Source of the DNA: a bacterium
GTDB lineage: Bacteria; Patescibacteriota; Dojkabacteria; JAKAPS01; JAJZLI01
DNA length: 64,000 nucleotides
Assembly (NCBI GenBank): GCA_021846685.1
Contig: JAJZWL010000001.1
Span: 71,484-135,483 of the forward strand
Direction: 5' to 3'
Shown here: positions 60,766 to 64,000 of the stretch, piece by piece
Layout of the letters: the number at the start of each line of letters is the position of its first letter
How positions within the stretch are numbered: the first letter of the stretch is position 1
Notes under the pieces: model-generated
Database searches by the model: none
The model's input: the letters and a program-made list of their open reading frames with translations, nothing else
What the model was told of the DNA's origin: nothing
Made by a program: the position numbers and the translations under genes

Positions 60766-61143
60766 ATGAGTGATCCAATAGCTGATTTATTAACAAGAAT
60801 AAGAAATGCAATTATGAGAGGTCATACTGTTGTATCTATACCTAAGAGTATAATAAAGGAGGATATTGTCAAAGTATTGCTTGAAAAGAAATTTATTAAA
60901 TCATATGAAGTAGTAGATAATGATATAGTAGTAACGTTAAAATATAAGAAAGGAGAGAATAGGATATCTGGGATAGCAAGAGTTTCAAAACCTAGTTTAA
61001 GAAGATATTCTTCATATAGGAATATCCCTAAAGTTTTGAATGGGTTAGGTTTTTATATAATTTCCACTCCTGAGGGTGTGATTTCTGATAAAGAAGCAAT
61101 CACAAAAAAGGTTGGAGGAGAATTAATTTGTAAAGTTTGGTAA
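60766..61143 (+). CDS. rpsH: 30S ribosomal protein S8
   Basis: DPIADLLTRIRNA, GGELIC.VW. Confidence 0.98.
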   Translation: MSDPIADLLTRIRNAIMRGHTVVSIPKSIIKEDIVKVLLEKKFIKSYEVVDNDIVVTLKYKKGENRISGIARVSKPSLRRYSSYRNIPKVLNGLGFYIISTPEGVISDKEAITKKVGGELICKVW

Positions 61144-61149
61144 AATATT

Positions 61150-61695
61150 ATGTCAAGAATAGGAAAAATTCCAATACAAATAAAAGAAGGTATAACGGTA
61201 GATATATCAGAAGAAAGGATTACTGTAAAAGGTCCTAAGGGTGAATTATCTATTCCAAATTCTTTTAGAGTAAAAGTTGAATTAAAAAATGGAGAAGTAA
61301 CTGTTCAAAGAAGAAGTGACCAGAAAGAAGATAAAGCTTTTCATGGGTTATATAGATCTTTAATTAATAATATGGTAATTGGAGTTGCAGAAGGTTTTTC
61401 TAAAGAACTTGAAATAAGAGGTATTGGATATAGAGTTGTTCTAGATAATGATAATCTTGTTATTAATGTAGGTTATTCACATTCTGTAATTGTTAAAAAA
61501 GTTGAAGGTATAGAATTTAATATTACAGATAATAATTTTATTAAAATTTCTGGTATTGATAAACAATTAGTTGGACAAGTAGCTGCTAATATTAGAAGTA
61601 TAAGAAAGCCTGAGCCATATAAAGGTAAGGGAATTAGATATAAAGATGAAATTGTTGTTAAAAAAGCTGGAAAGTCAGCAAAGGCTGCTAAATAA
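61150..61695 (+). CDS. rplF: 50S ribosomal protein L6
   Basis: MSRIGK.P, PEPYKGKGI. Confidence 0.98.
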   Translation: MSRIGKIPIQIKEGITVDISEERITVKGPKGELSIPNSFRVKVELKNGEVTVQRRSDQKEDKAFHGLYRSLINNMVIGVAEGFSKELEIRGIGYRVVLDNDNLVINVGYSHSVIVKKVEGIEFNITDNNFIKISGIDKQLVGQVAANIRSIRKPEPYKGKGIRYKDEIVVKKAGKSAKAAK

Positions 61696-61697
61696 TT

Positions 61698-62039
61698 ATG
61701 AAAATAATAAATAATAAAACAAAAAGACATTTAGTCATAAGAAAAAAAATAAAAGGAGTAAGTAATAGACCTAGATTATCTGTATTTAGATCTAATAAAG
61801 AGATGTATGTACAGTTAATAGATGATGAATTAGCAGTTACTATTTTAGGAATGAGTTCTAAGGTTATTAGTAAAGGAAAAAATAAGACAGATAAGTCATA
61901 TAATCTAGGTTTAGAGTTTGGTAAATTAGCTAAAAAGAAAGGATATGATAAAATAGTTTTTGATAGAGGTGGAAATAAATATCATGGAAGAGTTAAAGCT
62001 TTTGCAGATGGTGCAAGAGAGAGTGGTTTAATATTTTAA
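61698..62039 (+). CDS. rplR: 50S ribosomal protein L18
   Basis: RPRLSVFRSN, FDRGG..YHGRV.A.AD.AR. Confidence 0.97.
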   Translation: MKIINNKTKRHLVIRKKIKGVSNRPRLSVFRSNKEMYVQLIDDELAVTILGMSSKVISKGKNKTDKSYNLGLEFGKLAKKKGYDKIVFDRGGNKYHGRVKAFADGARESGLIF

Positions 62040-62051
62040 TAAATTGATAAC

Positions 62052-62543
62052 ATGAATGATAATAATATTGATAAATCTATAAATAATGAAATAGAAGATA
62101 ATTCAAATAATATTGAATTGGATAACTATATACTTGAGACTACTAGGGTTACTAAAGTAACAAAAGGAGCTAAAAGATTTAGATTTTCAGCTATGGTTGT
62201 TGTTGGAAACAGAAATGGTACTCTAGGAATAGGTAAAGGTGTGGGAGCAGATCCTAAGTCAGCTATTGAGAAGGCTATAAGGAGGGCAAAAGCTTCTTTA
62301 GTTAAAATTAATATAACTGATAACACAATTACTCATGAATTAGTACAAGATTTTAAAGCTTCTCGCATAATATTTAAACCAGCTGTTCCTGGAACTGGTA
62401 TTATTGCTGGGAAAAATATAAAACCTATTCTAGAATTGGCAGGAGTGAAGGATGTTTTATCAAAAAGAGTGGGTTCGTCAAATAAAAAATCAAACATATA
62501 TTGTTGTTTTTTAGCTTTAAAAAATTTAAAACCAAGAAAATAA
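62052..62543 (+). CDS. rpsE: 30S ribosomal protein S5
   Basis: RVTKVTKG.KRFRFSA.VVVG, PA.PGTGIIAG. Confidence 0.97.
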   Translation: MNDNNIDKSINNEIEDNSNNIELDNYILETTRVTKVTKGAKRFRFSAMVVVGNRNGTLGIGKGVGADPKSAIEKAIRRAKASLVKINITDNTITHELVQDFKASRIIFKPAVPGTGIIAGKNIKPILELAGVKDVLSKRVGSSNKKSNIYCCFLALKNLKPRK

Positions 62544-62544
62544 T

Positions 62545-62973
62545 ATGATTATAAAAGGAAAAGTAAAAGATAAAAAGAAAAAAATAATAGGAAGAGGATT
62601 TGGATCTGGGAAAGGTGGTCATACTTCTACTAGGGGTATGAAAGGACAAAATAGTAGAGCAGGTTCACATATTTCTAAATATTTTGAAGGAGGTCAAAAT
62701 CCCTTAATACAAAGAGTCCCATATCTTAAAGGATTTAAAAGATATAGTGTGAAAATCGAAATTTTGAATTTGGGATTTATAGATAAATATTTTAATGATG
62801 GAGATAGTATTAGTCTGAAAAGTTTACAAGACAGAGGTTTTGTAAGAAAAAACAAAGTAAAAATACTTTCTTTCGGAGATATTTCTAAAAATCTTAAATT
62901 TATAGCCTCAGATTTTGCTTTTTCAAAAAAGGCATTAGAAAAAATAGAAAAGTCAAAATCTGAATTAATATAA
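62545..62973 (+). CDS. rplO: 50S ribosomal protein L15
   Basis: GRG.GSGKG.....G.KGQ.SR, FEGGQ.PL..R.P. Confidence 0.96.
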   Translation: MIIKGKVKDKKKKIIGRGFGSGKGGHTSTRGMKGQNSRAGSHISKYFEGGQNPLIQRVPYLKGFKRYSVKIEILNLGFIDKYFNDGDSISLKSLQDRGFVRKNKVKILSFGDISKNLKFIASDFAFSKKALEKIEKSKSELI

Positions 62974-62974
62974 T

Positions 62975-64000
62975 ATGCAAAAAATTGTAAATTCTATTAG
63001 ACAAATAATATCAGCTCCTGATTTAAGGAAGAAGATTGTATTCACATTTTTTTTGGTTGTTATATTTAGAATTTTTGCATCTATTCCTACTCCAGGAGTT
63101 AATGTAACTGTATTAGCATCAATATTTAAAGGAAATCAAGCTTTAAGTGTTTTAAATATTTTTTCAGGAGGAACACTTTCAACTGCTTCAATAGTTGGTA
63201 TAGGATTAGGTCCTTTTATTACAGCTACTGTTATATTCCAATTTTTAGCATACATTGTTCCCAAAATTAAAGATTTACAAGAACAAGGAGAAAGAGGTCA
63301 AAAGATTATTAATCAATATACAAGGATTATAACTGTTCCTATTGCAGTTCTTCAATCTTACGGTATCTATTTGTTTTTACTTAGCGCATCTAGTACTCCA
63401 ATTATCTCTCATTTAAATACATTAGGAGTGATAACATTTATATTGACAATGACAGCAGGATCTATTTTCCTTATGTGGTTAGGAGAATTAATTACTGAGT
63501 ATGGAATAGGAGATGGTATTTCATTACTAATAGCTTTAGGTATATTGGCAACTTTACCAGAAGGTATAATATCTACAGCATTAACTCAGGGAATTAATGG
63601 TATAGTTGGAATAGTCATTATTTTACTATTTTTAGCTATGATTGTAGCTATAATTATAATTAATGAATCTTCAAGGAATATTCCTGTAAATTACACTAGA
63701 ATGGCAAGGGGTGTAGAACTAGTTGGAGGAGAAAAGTCATATATTCCTATCAAAATTAATACAGCAGGGGTAATGCCTATAATTTTTGCATTATCTTTAA
63801 TTTTAGTTCCAACTGAGTTATCTCAAATCCTTGAAAAAAATAAAATTCCTATTGTACATACAGTAGCTACTAATGTATTTACATTTTTGTCCAATCAAAC
63901 TTACTATGGAATTATATATGCTTTACTTATAATATTCATGACATATTTCTATACATTTATAGTATTTAAACCTGAAGATGTAGCGCGAGATATTCAAAAA
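62975..64000 (+). CDS. secY: Preprotein translocase SecY (partial, runs off the window)
   Basis: Read by hand: DLRKKI.FT, IP.PG, FSGG, G.GPFITA, WLGE.IT.YGIG.G.S, AGVMPIIFA. Confidence 0.95.
   Translation, partial: MQKIVNSIRQIISAPDLRKKIVFTFFLVVIFRIFASIPTPGVNVTVLASIFKGNQALSVLNIFSGGTLSTASIVGIGLGPFITATVIFQFLAYIVPKIKDLQEQGERGQKIINQYTRIITVPIAVLQSYGIYLFLLSASSTPIISHLNTLGVITFILTMTAGSIFLMWLGELITEYGIGDGISLLIALGILATLPEGIISTALTQGINGIVGIVIILLFLAMIVAIIIINESSRNIPVNYTRMARGVELVGGEKSYIPIKINTAGVMPIIFALSLILVPTELSQILEKNKIPIVHTVATNVFTFLSNQTYYGIIYALLIIFMTYFYTFIVFKPEDVARDIQK

Noticed and set aside
202-62649. Many short antisense or overlapping ORFs in the track (e.g. 202-561, 4117-4557, 15683-16174, 35551-36069, 54915-55421)
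   Set aside because: They are shadow frames of well-supported genes and show no motifs.
1-64000. Alternative genetic code 25 (Gracilibacteria/Absconditabacteria)
   Set aside because: Conserved genes are full-length under code 11, and TGA acts as a stop in ATGA overlaps.

Overview
Very AT-rich bacterial chromosome segment with the hallmarks of a CPR/Patescibacteria genome: rpmD/L30 is absent from the spc operon, IF2 is short, ribosomal protein genes have no Shine-Dalgarno motifs, and tRNAs lack an encoded CCA. The left part (1-26 kb) holds housekeeping and scavenging genes (udg, AAA-only Lon, nusA-infB, pnp-rpsO, glycerate kinase/transketolase/FAD oxidase/uppS/rnj cluster, malQ). The right part (52-64 kb) is tuf plus the S10/spc ribosomal protein operon to a partial secY, with a SpoU/TrmH methyltransferase inserted between rplX and rplE. 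The middle (26.7-50 kb) is accessory. Three tRNA-Ser genes (GCT, CGA, TGA) each head a tandem array of small 0.7-2.6 kb modules without an integrase: 3 RelBE-type TA pairs, 2 AbiE pairs, DUF433/PIN, Fic, wHTH-PRTase, a queuosine salvage enzyme and alpha/beta hydrolases. Seven degenerate tRNA-3'-end-like junctions (AAAA-GTTYRAA-N16-CCGA) separate the modules, and their flanks are shared between arrays. This looks like an integron-like cassette system anchored on tRNA-Ser 3' ends. All calls come from motif recognition and manual alignment; no searches were run.
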